A stretch of 64,000 nucleotides of DNA. Source: Prochlorococcus sp. AG-355-B18. GTDB lineage: Bacteria; Cyanobacteriota; Cyanobacteriia; PCC-6307; Cyanobiaceae. Shown piece by piece: positions 63,131 to 64,000 of this stretch (position 1 is the stretch's first letter; each line of letters starts with the position of its first letter). The stretch lies in contig QCDI01000003.1 of assembly GCA_003280965.1 (NCBI GenBank), forward strand, positions 84,837 through 148,836, read 5' to 3'. Made by a program: the position numbers and the translations under genes. The notes under the pieces are model-generated. The model did no database searches and had not been told where the DNA came from. It worked only from the letters and a program-made list of their open reading frames with translations.

Positions 63131-63532
63131 TTATTTTTTGCCTAAAACGGCTTTTGTTGTCTTGCCTAGACCCTCTAATGTTTGAGGAAGATACGGTCCT
63201 TTGGCTAATTTTCCTCCGAGCTTCAAACTTAAACCTGCAAGAATTAAATCGATAAATATTATGAGTAATAAATTATATTCAGTATTCCAATTATTATAGT
63301 TTTTTAGAAAAAGGTAAAAAATAATATGGATGCAAATTAGGACTAATAATAGTAATGTGCTTCCGATTGCCAAAAATATTCCACCACTAATTAATCTTCT
63401 TTTTTCTCTATCTACTTCTTGAAGAGCTATTCTTACATGTAAATCCATAACTGAACTAGCTATAGCTGAAATTCTTGATGCAGTATTTGCAAAGTTTCTA
63501 TTTTTTTGTTTTTCCATATTATTTTCTGCCAC
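63131..63532 (-). CDS. YqjE-like ('phage holin family') membrane protein
   Basis: Two TM helices after LHVRIALQEVDREKRRL; follows a tail-anchored protein gene. Confidence 0.75.
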   Translation of the reverse strand: MAENNMEKQKNRNFANTASRISAIASSVMDLHVRIALQEVDREKRRLISGGIFLAIGSTLLLLVLICIHIIFYLFLKNYNNWNTEYNLLLIIFIDLILAGLSLKLGGKLAKGPYLPQTLEGLGKTTKAVLGKK

Positions 63533-63980
63533 TGTTTATGAGAGTTCCTATTAGTAAACCTATTCCAGCAGCAATAGCAATAGATAATATTGGTTTTTTT
63601 CTAATTGGACTTTCTATTTTTGGTCTTAGTGTATTGTTAAGCTCCTCTAATAACTCTTCTAATTGACTTTCGATAGGTTCAATTTTGTCCGATATTTCCC
63701 AATTGTTTTCTTTGATTGAATCAATGATTTCAAATAGTTGGCGTTTTATTCCAACTGCTGAGGTTCCACTATGGCTCGATATTACTGCAACCAAATCATC
63801 AATACTTCCTTTTGTGGCTTCAAGGGTTTGCTGAGCAATTGTAGGCCATTTTTCCTTTATTAAAGGGATTAAACTGTCAATTTTTTCAAGCAACCATTTC
63901 TCCGAGATAACTTCTTGATCAGGAAGTTCAGTGTTATATACTTTTTCTTCTACTTCTTTGGGAGTATGGTAGGTCTCCAT
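63519..63980 (-). CDS. Tail-anchored protein, DUF883/ElaB-YqjD-like
   Basis: Helical acidic body and C-terminal IRKKPILSIAIAAGIGLLIG TM motif. Confidence 0.7.
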   Translation of the reverse strand: METYHTPKEVEEKVYNTELPDQEVISEKWLLEKIDSLIPLIKEKWPTIAQQTLEATKGSIDDLVAVISSHSGTSAVGIKRQLFEIIDSIKENNWEISDKIEPIESQLEELLEELNNTLRPKIESPIRKKPILSIAIAAGIGLLIGTLINSGRK

Positions 63981-64000
63981 TATTTAAACTTATTTATTTT

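Noticed and set aside
63131..63532. 'Phage holin' as evidence of a prophage
   Set aside because: YqjE-like gene paired with a DUF883-like gene is a common chromosomal arrangement; no phage genes nearby
110..63666. Numerous 60-134 aa ORFs antisense to or nested in core genes (e.g. 110-307, 7171-7491, 8450-8854, 12432-12749, 20976-21218)
   Set aside because: Shadow ORFs of well-supported genes with no recognisable motifs

Overview
AT-rich picocyanobacterial chromosome segment. Gene content, gene order and a permuted two-piece tmRNA point to Prochlorococcus, probably close to the replication origin (inferred from recognition, not a database search). Most of the window is core housekeeping genes, running from purL/purF through ftsY, argH, grpE-dnaJ, gap2, efp, guaA, flv1/flv3, alaS, gatB and argJ to ssrA. 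Two small accessory islands are inserted at the 3' ends of protein-coding genes, and each is bounded by a duplication of the target gene's last codons. The ~6.5 kb island in guaA carries an Mrr-like nuclease/SF2 helicase with an unrecognised C-terminal domain, two stand-alone amino-methyltransferases and two secreted hypothetical proteins. That set does not fit Type I, III or ISP restriction-modification (RM) architecture. The ~2.7 kb island in argJ carries an EcoRII-C-like endonuclease, a Dcm-like C5 methyltransferase with an RHH-like N-terminus, and vsr. Neither island encodes an integrase. Both have mirror-image end architecture: two pairs of 11-bp tandem repeats 61 bp apart and a shared ~25-bp motif. 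This suggests a family of non-autonomous, site-specifically integrated defence cassettes.
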